Origin: Paramecium tetraurelia
Lineage: Eukaryota
Direction: 5' to 3'
DNA: 64,000 nt
Assembly: GCA_000165425.1 (NCBI GenBank)
Contig: CT868563.1
Span: 186,001 to 250,000, forward strand
The first letter of the stretch is position 1. The number at the start of each line of letters is the position of its first letter. Made by a program: the position numbers and the translations under genes. The notes under the pieces are model-generated. The model searched no databases. It was not told where the DNA came from and saw nothing but the letters and a program-made list of their open reading frames with translations. Below are positions 27,745-39,847 of this stretch, piece by piece.

Positions 27745-28706
27745 ATGATAAATAATTTATAAATTGCACCACTAACTGCTCTTCACAAATTACTATCAGT
27801 TAATAAGACAATAAAATTTAATGATAAACTTCATGAATCATAGAAATAAAAGAGTCTTTAAAAATCTATTTAAAATTTAAGTAGCAGTTAATGCGAGATG
27901 ATGAATGTTAAAATGAAAAACAAATTGCCTACTCCTAAAAATACAATTGATTCATCTTTAAGACAAAGTCTTGGCAAAATTAGTAACAATAATGATAGTG
28001 GAATCAAAACTAATAAAAATATCAAAAATGAGCTTATCTCAGTCCTCAGAAAAGCATAGAGTTAATCTAAAAAAACAAATAATTTAGAAAAATTATTAAG
28101 CACATCTAGTGCTCCTAAATAATTTAGTAACTTAGAGAGTTTTAAAATGAAAAGACCTCCTTTGCTCTAATATTTAGGTGAAGAAAATGAGAAATTAAAA
28201 ATTCAAAGTGCAAAAAGTGCTACCGAAAAAAATAAAAGTCCTGAAAATCGATATTCATCTGGTATTCATTTCAAATATTTTAGGATTCTTTACCAGCACT
28301 AACCAAAGGTAATAACTATTTGGGTCTTTGAATGAAGTATTGAAATAATATATCCAATGCAAAAGCTAACAGAAGTGTAAATAAATTTATTAATTTAGAG
28401 GCTGGAACTGGAGAAGGCATCAAAGTTTGTAAATCTGCACGAAGTACGCAGTAGCAATTATTAATGAATGAGCCAGATAATCAGGAGAAATACTTCCCTA
28501 AGCAAAAGTCTGATTATTCCAAAGGAAAATCAAAAGTACTTAACGAAAATTTACACAATTTATTTTTAAAGACTCAGAATGTGTTAGCCAAATACTAAGC
28601 TAAGGAACTTCAATGGAAAAAATAAAAAAAATAATTAAGAGATGAAATTAGAAATCTCAAACAATTATTGAAATAACAGCAATTATAAAATTAAATATAT
28701 CACTGA
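27745..28706 (+). CDS. Hypothetical low-complexity protein with C-terminal coiled coil
   Basis: Code-6 frame from ATG 27745 with short introns (~28262, ~28377). Ends LFLKTQNVLAKYQAKELQWKKQKKQLRDEIRNLKQLL...-TGA 28704-28706. Confidence 0.6.
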
Positions 28707-29164
28707 TATTATTAATGTATTTATCAAGTATTACTCCTTCAAATAATTTCTTATTGTGTCAACTAATTTTAATACATATTTTAAGAATATTAAATTTTTA
28801 AGATAATAACATTATAAATTTTTTACTCCAATACTTTTAGCAACTAATTGAAATTCCGATTATCTTAAGAAAATAAATCAGAAGTTTATAATCTAAATAA
28901 GATACATACTATACTATAAATTTAATTTTAGTCTCGACTGTCTATTTTATTAAAGGTAAAATTAAAAACGCACTAACTTTCAATAAGAATAATAAATTTC
29001 TACTAAAATAAGAATTTCTAATCGCAGAGAACTATCAGAATAAAAATTATGATTTTGTAGAATTGTGCCTAAATTTGATCTAAAAAAGACTCGATTATAA
29101 TAAAGGAGTTGAAAAATATATTGATATTTTACTATATTAATAAAAAATACACTAAATTATAGAT

Positions 29165-30511
29165 TCATTAAATTTCCTAAAATTTTTTATTTTTGATGCA
29201 CTATTTACATATTCTAAAGTCACAATAGGTACATTAAAAGGCAATTGGTTATATCATGTCCTCTCCTTTTTTATCACAGACAGAACACCTAAAATTATCT
29301 GTTATTTGAAGCAAATAATGTAAGGCGGGACACTAAGGTTATGTTGGTTATTTTTCCATTTTCAATTCAGGATAATAACATTTGAAGCACATGAAAATTT
29401 TACATTATTAACAAAAATATCTACAAGTCGTGTTTTACTTTAGACAATTAGAACATATTTTTTTTTTTTCCTCCCCACAAGGCTTTTTCCAAAATTTTAA
29501 TTTATGATTTTTTTCACAAAAGGTTTAAATGCTATCAACTAACTCTCCTTTAGTAATAGGTTAATTTTATTACTGTTATTATTGTTATTATTATTATTAT
29601 TGTTGTTGTTGTTATTATTGTTATTGCTATTACTGTTGTTATTGTTGTTGTTGTTGTTATTACTGTTACTATTATTGTTGTTGTTATTGTTAATATTATT
29701 ACTATTATTGTTATTAATATTATTGTTATTATTTTTATTAATTTTCTATTTAAACCTTTGCTTAATTTATTTTTTCCTGGTTTTCTTAACACATCTTTTA
29801 CTTCATTTATAATTCATTTTTTAATTATTTATTTTCTTCTAATAGAGCTAAAATTTATTATTTTGATAAATTTATTTCAGTAGTTCTTTAATTCTATTAA
29901 TTTTTCATTTCTAAAATAGAAAAATTTGACTATTCTTTATAATCTTAAAATTTCTCCTAAAATTATATGACCATTTTTTAGAGTTCAAATAGACATTTAT
30001 GACTCTTTAGATCCTCCAGTGTCAATTATTATTAACAAATAAAACAATTTTATGTTTTATGAAATTAGCACAAATTTTTCTTAATATTCTTAAAGACATA
30101 CATGTGATTCTAAGTTTCTTCTCTAAAATTTTTATCCGCATTTGCATGTAATTTATTGATAAAGACATTATGACATATGTTTAATTACATTATCTTATGC
30201 CATCTCAGTTTTGCATCCTTCATTATGATTTATACATTTATAAGTTATTTTTGATAGTTAATCTCTTATCATGCGATGAGGCTATTTGGTTTGAAAGGGG
30301 CCATTGCAATTTTCTTCTGGGCATCTTAAAATCATACTTAATGGTACTTATCATTTTATGATTTAGATAGTTCATAGCATTCTTTGCAATAAAGGTTTTC
30401 GCACTAAGTACATTCAACAGGATCGATAGTAAGATCGTTACAAATTTTGCAAAAAAGGGTTTAATCGAATGTTCCAATAGGAATATAAAGTTACCTTTGA
30501 TTAATTTACAT
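29165..30511 (-). CDS. RING + TRAF-type zinc fingers + coiled coil + polyQ + two C-terminal Cys/His zinc-binding modules (putative E3 ligase)
   Basis: ATG 30511. RING-like LFCKICNDLTIDPVECTQCENLYCKEC...CPEENC. TRAF-ZnF KCINHNEGC...HMSQC, CKCG...H...C. C-terminal CEKNH..CSNC..CQQC..CFKC and CPALH..CSVC..CTYC..CKQC. Introns of 23 and 22 nt. TGA 29165-29167. Confidence 0.8.
29567..29740 (-). repeat. Polyglutamine-coding trinucleotide repeat (55 Gln in 58 codons, including a run of 42)
   Basis: Mixed TAA/CAA/TAG/CAG codons in frame within the RING/TRAF gene. Appears as (TTA/TTG)n on the + strand. Confidence 0.9.
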
Positions 30512-30552
30512 ATTAATAAATAAATAAATAATATATCATAGTAAACGAGTGT

Positions 30553-31866
30553 TCACCTATAATATAAATATGCTTCAGCCTCCAAACACTTAAATCTTGA
30601 CTAATTACTTATTTTCTGGAATTTGCCCAACCTCCTTTCACAATCATTAATTTTAGCTAATAAACTTTAAGGTTGTTCGAAATCCAAAGATAAATTAGTT
30701 TAATCAATTATGCTTCCATTTAAAATCAATTTATTTTATATTGCTTTTACCTACTTCTATTTGATCTAATCTTGTAAATTGATATTGAAATAATTCAATT
30801 TGTTTAAGTAGTCGTAATCAAATTTTAATGACTCTAGTGCTTTTTATAACAGTTCTTCAGGTGATAGCAATATCGATTGCATATCAGGTGATAGAGCTTC
30901 TCGATTTAGCAACTTTTCTATTGTTTAATCTAATTCCGGTTCTACTCCAATGATAAACTTAGAGATAATGAATGATTTAGAGATATTTCTTCTTAGTTTA
31001 AAATGATATTCAAATTACGAAATGTCATTAGGACAATTAGGTTTAATTTCTTTAAAGAATGTATGAATGATTTTTCTTGTTTTATAATAAAACTTACTTG
31101 CTTAAACCTTGGGTTTTTAAGATAATTTTAGTGATGGTTTTTTCAATTCGAAATATTTATTTAAGAATCTCATAGTTCATAACTACTTATTCAATCATAT
31201 ATTTGGGATCTTGCACTTAACGATTATTATCTAGGATCAAATCATTAAAAGCAATTTTATCATCTAGAACATATTCACATAAAAGATTTCTTAATGCTTT
31301 CTCTGTCTAAAGCTATTAAAAATCAAACGGATAAATACATTAGGTCTTTTTTTGGGACTCTCAGTTCTACTCAATTTTAAGAGAATACTAGAATTTAGAC
31401 TTTATGATTTTCCATCATTCATCTATTCTTAAAGTGCCTTTTTAATCTCTTATATTCTTGGAGATTGTCCATTGATCGATCTATTTTAATAAAATGCTTG
31501 ATTCCATTAATCGAAATCATGTTGTCTTTTCGAAATATTGTTTAATACTTTAATCCTCTTTTTTGTTTTATTCAATTATTCTGTCTAAGTTTTTTATAAA
31601 TTTATTTTTGGAAGAACTTAATTAGATTATGACATTTCAATAGGTTTTATTGGTGATGAAATTCTATCTAAATAAGATTCTTCTTTTTATTTTTTTCTCG
31701 CCGATGATTTTTATAACGTAATCAGTTCACCATGTAAAATTTAAGAAACTGATCGACTCTTAATTAGCTATTACATTGGCATATTCATACAAAACACTTT
31801 TTTCTGTCTTTGCACTTGTAATGTTTCAAAAGTACCAAAATCTTGATCTTAAATATATTTTAACAT
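30553..31866 (-). CDS. Hypothetical Ser/Gln/Lys-rich protein
   Basis: ATG 31866 opens a long code-6 frame (MLKYIQDQDFGTFETLQVQRQKK...). Probable TGA at 30553-30555. No recognisable domain, and the intron structure is uncertain. Confidence 0.5.
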
Positions 31867-32071
31867 TAGAAAGTGCAATTAATATTTTATTAATTAAATT
31901 ATACTAAAAAATACTGTATTCAATTCACTTAATATATTTTGGCATCCTAAAGTCTTTAAATAATTATTGTTTTTTGCTTTAAAATTTAAATTAAAGAGAA
32001 AACCTATCCAAAAAAATATTTATTTAAAAAACAATTTGTTTGAATGAAAATAATTATTATTCTTCAACTTT

Positions 32072-33679
32072 ATGTATCGGTAGACTATATATATATGGAT
32101 AAATAACACTAATATTAATTAATACAATTAATATTATATTGAGATTAAATTTATTAAGAAAAATTATAATTAGTATCAATTATAGAGGTAAACAACAGTA
32201 CCAACAGATACTTTATCAGTAAGATCTTAAGTAATAGGTCAATCATAATTGAATATTTCACCTGTAATTATTAAACAATAATGTGAATGATTAGAAATAA
32301 CAAAACTAATTAAAAAAATCGTCTTTCAAAGTTTATTAAGAAAAACAANNNNNNNNNNNNNNNNNNNNNNNNNNNNNNNNNNNNNNNNNNNNNNNNNNNN
32401 NNNNNNNNNNNNNNNNNNNNNNNNNNNNNNNNNNNNNNNNNNNNNNNNNNNNNNNNNNNNNNNNNNNNNNNNNNNNNNNNNNNNNNNNNNNNNNNNNNAA
32501 GATCTAAAAAATGCAAACTCTCTATAATATTCTACTATTTAAGAAGCATTTCAATTGATTTTAAGATTGGGTGGAATTTATTATAGTAATAGTATAAGCA
32601 TATTTAAAACTCCAAAAATAGGAAAGTCTCCTGGAATAGTTTCTAAAGATATTGTGTAATCATCATTTTTAATTATTTTAGAACAGAAATGAATATCCAG
32701 AATTAATAATTAATAATGATAATATAAGATTTATGAACTCAAATTACTGGCAAAGAATATTGTAAGACAATACATTTATTATAAACGAAGATAATGAAAG
32801 ATTGTTTATACTAATTAAAATATAAAATAAAATTATCATAAAAATTTCAGAAATATCCTCAAAACGATTTTTATTAAATGAATTAAGTGTAAAGTAAAAT
32901 AGAAGCAAAATGATTGAGGCCGCTAGCTAGTTATAGGTTTTAAATTAGAAAAACTTATTTAGAACTTAGAATTTTCATTTTATTATCAACTAAGATTGTC
33001 ATAGTTGAAATTAGAACTGATCGCAAAATAATAAATCAAGTCAAATGGATAGAGCAAAGGAGATGCAAATGAAGACATAAAATTATTAAAACTCCAATAG
33101 ATTCAAATGTGTTACAAATTTCCATTTAATTAATTGAAAAAACAATAAGAGCAAAATGAATATGAAGAGTTAAATTAAAAGAATAGCGTTACTTTCTATA
33201 GATTTTCATTTGGACAATAACTCATAAGCTGCATCACTCAATAAGCTTCATACGAGAGTTGGAGGAGTCACCAAATAATTGAAGATAAAAATATTTAAGA
33301 ATTAATAATAATAATAACCGAATTTTAGTGATTCAAAAAAAAAAATCAATTTCTAAAATGAATGGAAAAATCGTAAATAAAATAAAATAAAATTATACAG
33401 TAATAGATAATATATAATTAGTTAACAAATGTGAGGAATAGAAACAATTCGCCTAAATGCAGAATCTAGAATAAATAACTAAATGATTAAAATTCGATGG
33501 ATAATTTAGATGTAAAGAAACTGAAGTCTAAGTCTAGTGTTTAAAGTAAGTTATTCTTAACGGCAATATTTATATTTCTATTTATTTTTTATTCCGTGTA
33601 ATTTATTGAATAATATAATATTAAAAGAAATTTAATCAATTAAATAAGTAGAATATTTAGTTTGATAGACACTATTTGA
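32072..33679 (+). pseudogene. Coding-like region spanning the gap, with a C-terminal hydrophobic segment; disrupted or misassembled
   Basis: Coding-like stretches on both sides of the gap, ending KLFLTAIFIFLFIFYSVQ...DTI-TGA. Several in-frame TGAs and frame shifts. Confidence 0.25.
32349..32498. other. Assembly gap (150 N)
   Basis: Run of N from 32349 to 32498. Confidence 0.99.
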
Positions 33680-33719
33680 GTAATCATGAAATTATATATA
33701 ATATTTCAGAGTAATTATT

Positions 33720-34371
33720 TCAAATTGTGAGAATTTATGTTACATGTTAAAATTAAATATATCCTTCAATTAGGCTAAATTCCCATCAGTTTTCATATTC
33801 TCTCAATCGGAATTTCTTATTTTAAACTTATCTATTTTTCCATAAATTAATAATCTAGGATTATCATCAAATTAGATCAAGTGATATAACTAATTTACAT
33901 TTTCAACATTTAAGCCAGCTTAAATGATCTTCAATATAATAGTAATTTGTTTGTGAAATATATTTTACATTAGTCCTAAAGATTTTTGTTTATTTTCCTT
34001 GAATTATTCCTCTTTTATCTTTATAAACCATAGATAAATTGTCCATCTCAGAATTCATTGCTAAAATTAACTTTATAAAGCATTATTGTACTCACTTACA
34101 TTTTTTCTATTTCTGATTAATTGATCATTCTTTCTGAATACTACTAATATGTATTTTTAGATTAAGTTGTTATTTTAATGATCACATATAATTGATTACT
34201 CTTATAATATTTGTTAATAACATGACTTTGACTACCTACATTAACTAAAAGTCTTACCTTATATCTTGAACTAGTTTAATAATTTATCTTTATGAAAAAA
34301 TGAAATATACCATTATTGAGATTTATTTATTTGAAGTTAACGAATAGATATGTAAATCCATAGGGTTTCAT
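33720..34371 (-). CDS. Hypothetical protein (3' end uncertain)
   Basis: ATG 34371 followed by two canonical ~22-nt introns (GTATAT..AAG, GTAAGA..TAG). The downstream frame is ambiguous. Confidence 0.3.
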
Positions 34372-34414
34372 GATATTAATATTTTTTAGTTGCCATAAAA
34401 ATTAAAATTATTAA

Positions 34415-34705
34415 ATGTCTCACGAAAAAAGAACATCAGCAGACTTTTTTAAGTAGGTATTTGGAAGAACAGTGAATGTGAAATTACATAATAGAACAGA
34501 ATATATTGGAGTTTTGGCTGCATTAGATGGAAATATGAATCTTGTATTGGAATAATGGTAATTTGTAGGATGATTAAAATATAGTGAAGAATATTTGGAA
34601 CAGAAGTTAATCAACAAATATGGATAAATATTATTGAGAGGAAATAATGTGCTTTACATTAGTGCTAAATTTAATCAAAAATAATAACAGGAGGAAGAAG
34701 TTTGA
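34415..34705 (+). CDS. LSM6: U6 snRNA-associated Sm-like protein LSm6
   Basis: SADFFKQVFGRTVNVKLHNRTEYIGVLAALDGNMNLVLEQCEEY...KYGQILLRGNNVLYISA. One 27-nt intron. TGA 34703-34705. Confidence 0.9.
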
Positions 34706-34731
34706 TTTATTGTATATTATTTTTATTTTAT

Positions 34732-36608
34732 ATGGATTAAGAAATAAACCATTTCAATTTGCCTGATATTAGAGATAAAGATGATTCTGATGATCAAGAA
34801 GATTATAATCCATTTATCTATCATCATTAATAAGAAGGATATCATTCATTTGAAAAAATATTTTAGAATCATTTTGATGTTGTAAATAACAGATGGATCA
34901 CAATTCCAAGAACTAAAATCTATTTACTCAGATCAGCTATGCATAAATTGAAAAAATGGTTGCTTTATTTAAGGCAGGAGCATAACATGATTTAATCTAT
35001 TGTTAAATAAAATGATGATCTCAAGACTCAACTAAAAAGGAACCAAGAATAAAATGCTAATCATTATCTTGTTGAATAACAGAGGACAAATCAAGTATTC
35101 TAAATAAATTATTACTAAGTTTTATGAGGAAATTAGGAAATTGAGATAGGAGTTAAAAGATAAAGTTATGTAAATGAATGATTAAATCTAATAACTTAAA
35201 GATACAATAGCTGAAAAGGATAAAAAGATTTAAAGATAAGAATTAACAATACAAAGATTAAATGAAGTGAGCAATGGGTATGAAAATCAAAACAAAAATT
35301 TGCAGCAACAAATAAACAACCTCTAGAGAGATTTTACATATTTTAACAATATAAAGAGGTAAGGCTTCATTGATGAGAAGGCGTTAATTGGAGGGAGTTT
35401 GACAACTTTTGAGTTGGTTTTGGCATCAAAAGTGAAAAGTAAGATTTTATAATTCTTGTCCTTAAAGGATTATCAAAGTCTAATGATTTGTAATCGCAAA
35501 CTCTATCTTTCCTTAATATCCCATAATATAATAATTCCACATGCCGTAACATCCCTCAGTAACAAATTTAATCATTAGTACAAGTTATTGCAAAGTGTAA
35601 ATGAGGAATTCAAAGTATTCAAATTAAAAACATCATATAATAGAGTGTTATTAAATAGAGTGATGATCCAAAACTTAGAGAAATCATGATAAAGTAGTTT
35701 GAATTAAAGGTAAATTTCTCTGAATATATCATTCCTACTTTACGAGAATGCTAATCTTTAATAGATGGTGATAATTTTATAGGGTTGAAGAATAATTAAC
35801 ACAATAAAGATTGTAAAATATACATCATTTAAATTAGTGATGGATCTATTGGAGGGCTATCTAAGTCAATAGGCTTAAAGTTATTAGGCAGCATTATAGA
35901 GTTTGTTATAGGAGAAATTTCCTTGGAATCAGTTCTTTCCAAAACCCTAAACTACAATCTAATAAGTTTAATTCTAGAGGAAATAATTTCCAACAACTTC
36001 GCAAATGTTTGCCTAACAAATCATCACTAGATTGTATGATCTGAGTACAGTGTGTGCTCAAGACTCTTCGATATTTGGGATGTTTTTATCATAATTATAG
36101 CGTTGCTTAGCTTCACTGTTTGTTTATGGATAGCATTTGACTTAGGAAGTAAATGATTTATAGTCACTTAATTATTACATAATGACCAAATTTTTCTTTT
36201 TGTTGAAGGAAAAGAAATAAATTGAAGATCAATATGAAGATTTTAAAACTTAATTAGGGTTGTATTCTGATGCAAAACGATTCTTAAAGTATTTAAATTA
36301 TAATAATTAATATAGTGAGAAAGTGTAGGATTTAGAAAAGGTGATCTTAGATAAGAATGAAAAAATTAGTAGCATGAATCAATAACTCTATATGAAGGAA
36401 AGTTAATTAAAACAAAACTAAATTATGGTCTAAAAAAACAATGAGTCAATTCGTTTGTATTAGGATAAACTTAAAATTCTGGCCAGAGAAGTTTATGGAG
36501 GTCAGAAGAAAATATAAAAATACTTGTGTGGAATACAATGAAATAGTGTCGAGGTTTAATTTGTTAAAGATTTAATTAGAGAAAATGGAAAAGCATTAAA
36601 AAAATTGA
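34732..36608 (+). CDS. Hypothetical coiled-coil protein
   Basis: ATG 26 nt after the LSm6 stop. Long Q/K/E-rich heptad-like stretches with short introns. TGA 36606-36608. Confidence 0.6.
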
Positions 36609-36652
36609 GTATAAAAATTATATTAAGAAAAGTATCCTTTATTTAAGATAAA

Positions 36653-37446
36653 ATGTCTTCTTCAAGTTCGTCGAGGTCACGATCACCAAAGAAGAATAAG
36701 AAAAGAGTATATGTTACAGGATATTCTCTTAAAGAGGATTAACATGACATTAAAAAACTATTCAAAAAATTTGGAAAAATTGAAGAATTTGCTTGGAAAG
36801 GGAAATATTGTTTCATTGTACATATAATGAATTAATTGTAGGAATTCAAAGATCCTTAAGATGCAGAAAAAGCTGTTAAAAAAATGAATAAGGAAGAAGT
36901 AAAAGGATCAGTGTTATAGGTCGAGATGGCTCGTGGAAATAAGCCGAGCAAAAATAACGGCCTATGCTATTCATGCGGTCGCTCTGGACATTTGTAAGTT
37001 TAACTAAAGCATTCATTCACTTTTTATAGAATACGATTTATATTTTGTCTTATTCATTTACCATTTTATTAGCGCTAAAAACTGTAGACATAGATCGTCG
37101 TCATCCAGTTCATCTAGCTCTAGTAGGTAATGAATTAAACATAATAAATTTTAGTGAGTCTAGAAAAAAACACAAGAAGAAACATAAAAAAAAGAAGAGC
37201 TCATCCAGTTCGGATTCCTCATCAAGTAGTTCATCAAGCAGAAAGAAAAGGAATAAGAAGAAGAGTACAAAAAGGAAATCAAAGTCCTCATCAAGAGGCT
37301 CTTCAAAAGACTCATAACATTCAGAGTCTTCTGCCGGCTCGTACTTTTAAAGTTGAATTCTGTTTAGCATTAATGACGAAAAAAAAGAAGAAAAAAACCC
37401 TATTGAAGAAGAGAATCAAGGAAATGAAGGAGGTGGTAAGTAATGA
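36653..37446 (+). CDS. SR-type splicing factor, RRM + CCHC zinc knuckle + Ser/Arg/Lys-rich tail (SRSF7/RSZ-like)
   Basis: SRSRSP, RRM (RVYVTGY...KGKYCFIEF..PQDAEKAVKKMN...LQVEMARG), knuckle CYSCGRSGHF|AKNC across intron 36994-37072. Other introns at ~36818-36841, 37127-37154 and ~37340-37367. TGA 37444-37446. Confidence 0.88.
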
Positions 37447-37509
37447 AGTACCCGTGATGTTATAAATAAAGTTGGTGTCCAATAATATTCTTATTATAAA
37501 TAAATATTA

Positions 37510-39390
37510 TCAAAAATTATTTTAATTCATTTACTATCTATTAATTTACTTAAATTCATTTATTACTTGACTTTATTTCGTTTAATTTTATTGATAGAAT
37601 TATTCGTAATTGGTCTATGAATGAGCAGCATTATAGAAAGACATAGGTTTTTCAAGCTTATTATTAGAAATTTCTAATTAAATACAACAAATTACAGCTA
37701 AGTTTTAATGCTGGAACTTAATGAACTTATTCCTACTACTTAGATAATTTCAATAAGCATTCTTTTAGGTTTTCTATTTCATTCTTATGTAATTCAATTT
37801 CAAGTTTATGCTACTCATTTTCATCCTTTAATTATTGATTAATTATTCCTAATGCTGCATAATCATTCTATGCCTTTTAAATTTGATTGGATTATTTTTC
37901 ATAATTAACCAGGCTTTATTCATTTAATTAATTCAATTGCTATTAAAATTATTTAATGGTTTCTCCTTACCTTTTAATTTATTATTAAGCAGTAATTAAT
38001 TAGTTTTATACTTCTTCAAATTTAAGTTCTTAATCAATTTTGTGTTGTTATAACTTGAAAACCTCCATATCCCTTAAATCATGCACTTATTGTAAATGAT
38101 TAATATTATTCTTTAATTATTTGATAACATCTTCATAATGTTGATTGATATCTGATAATTTCTTGATTTCCAAGTCTCTTTTTAAAAGTAATTTATCCTG
38201 TTCTTTAAGACTCTCCTATTATGAACTAGCAGTAGTTTAATTAAATTGGTTTGTAGTGTGTTGATTATTTAAGATCTATTTTTAATTGACTTATTGTTTC
38301 AACCTTTCTATTTCTTATTTTAATTCTTGATTTTTTTGCCTCTATTCAAATAATTAATTATTTATTTGTTCTTTTTCCATTATATGCGCATTAATCTCAG
38401 ATAATAATTTCTCTTTTTCACTTATTATTTATGTAAAATTGAATATTTAATTAGAAAATGCCCCTCTGCTCTTGCCCAAATATTTTGACTCTTATAGAAG
38501 TTTTCTTTCCATTTGAACTATTGAAGTTGATTTTAATTTATTAGAAATTTCAATTCCCAATTTACCCTATTTCATCAAATCAAGGGCATTCTTCCAAATT
38601 TATGGATAAGTCTTTGTAGTTTATAAATTATGTTTTGTTTAAGTATAATAAGTCTTTGTTAAAATGCTTTAAACCAAAGGAAGATCAGTTTTTTATCCAT
38701 CCTATATATGTTCTTTAATAACTGAAGCGCATTCTTCTAGCATCTCTTTAGGTGGCTTATTTCATTATAGTTATAGTTACCCTTTAGATTTGCTGATAAT
38801 TGATAATTTTCTCAAATGTGAAGTATGATATGATAGGAAATTTAACATTCATAATAGAAAGTCTCTCCTAAGCAATTTTATACAAACTCAATTTTCCAGC
38901 AACTGTATCAATTGGAAACCATTTACTCCATACCCATATACTCTCCAATGTATAACGATGAAAATTTAATCCAACTTATTCCAGCTCTTTTATTTATTCA
39001 TACTTTTTCTTAGAAGTAGTTGACTAAAGAAATAACATTTTGCCACGTTCATCGTCTTTACTCTCTTTTTTGAACATTGCATAATCTTCTAAAATAGGCA
39101 ATATATTTTTTTGAGTTATTTCTATCCATTCATATTCCTATAGCTCCAATAATTCATTGATAAACTAAATTTACAATTAATATATACTTTCAAACACAAG
39201 AATTTCGGATAATGGGGTCCTTGTTGATCACTAAGGTAATTGATTATTACATCAGCACATACCTTCATAACATCCCTGAAAATATTCAATTGAATTACAT
39301 TCTTTGCTGTTAAACTGCTTCCAGATATTGCTTGACTCCAATATATGTACTATTAGAACTTAGAATTTTTGTCAATGATTCATAATCCAT
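37510..39390 (-). CDS. VHS-like N-terminal domain + long coiled-coil protein
   Basis: N-terminal helical domain ending LESIWVWSKWFP...LYKIAQERLSIMNVKFP, which resembles the VHS C-terminal Y..L....V.FP motif. Q-rich coiled coil follows. Short introns. TGA 37510-37512. Confidence 0.6.
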
Positions 39391-39493
39391 TATATAAAGT
39401 TTAATATATTAAAACTTATTAAATTATTACTTGTTTATAAGATATTACATAAATCTAGATAGTTTTATATGAATATGTAAAGGAATTCAATTT

Positions 39494-39847
39494 TCAGACA
39501 CCTAAGGCAAATATATTTACTATTGCAACAGTATTTTCACTCTCTTGTCTTATTGCTACCGATCCGTCAGTATTATTATCCCAATAACAAGAGGCAGAGA
39601 GGTTTATAATATAATCAGCTTTTTAAAGTATAAGGCAACTAACTATGAATTTAAACTGCTTATTATTATTTAAGTCTTTTAATTTGATCAAGATTGTATC
39701 GCATATTGTATTACTTTTTTTTTGAGCATTACTTAAATTATCGTATTGATAGATTTTTATTTCCTAATCCAGTATCCCTTGAGAAATCTTTGTTACTTCT
39801 TCTTTCAATAAATAATCAAAAGAATCTTTTTTTTCCAAATTAGACAT
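39494..39847 (-). CDS. DYNLT1: Tctex-1 family dynein light chain
   Basis: Intronless 117-aa ORF: ILIKLKDLNNNKQFKFIVSCLILQK...SASCYWDNNTDGSV...AIVNIFAL. Confidence 0.9.

Noticed and set aside
29550..29812. Poly-Leu (+) and Ile/Thr-rich (-) ORFs in the supplied track
   Set aside because: These are antisense or out-of-frame readings of the polyQ tract of the RING/TRAF gene.
32310..32516. ORF containing a run of X
   Set aside because: It only spans the 150-N assembly gap.
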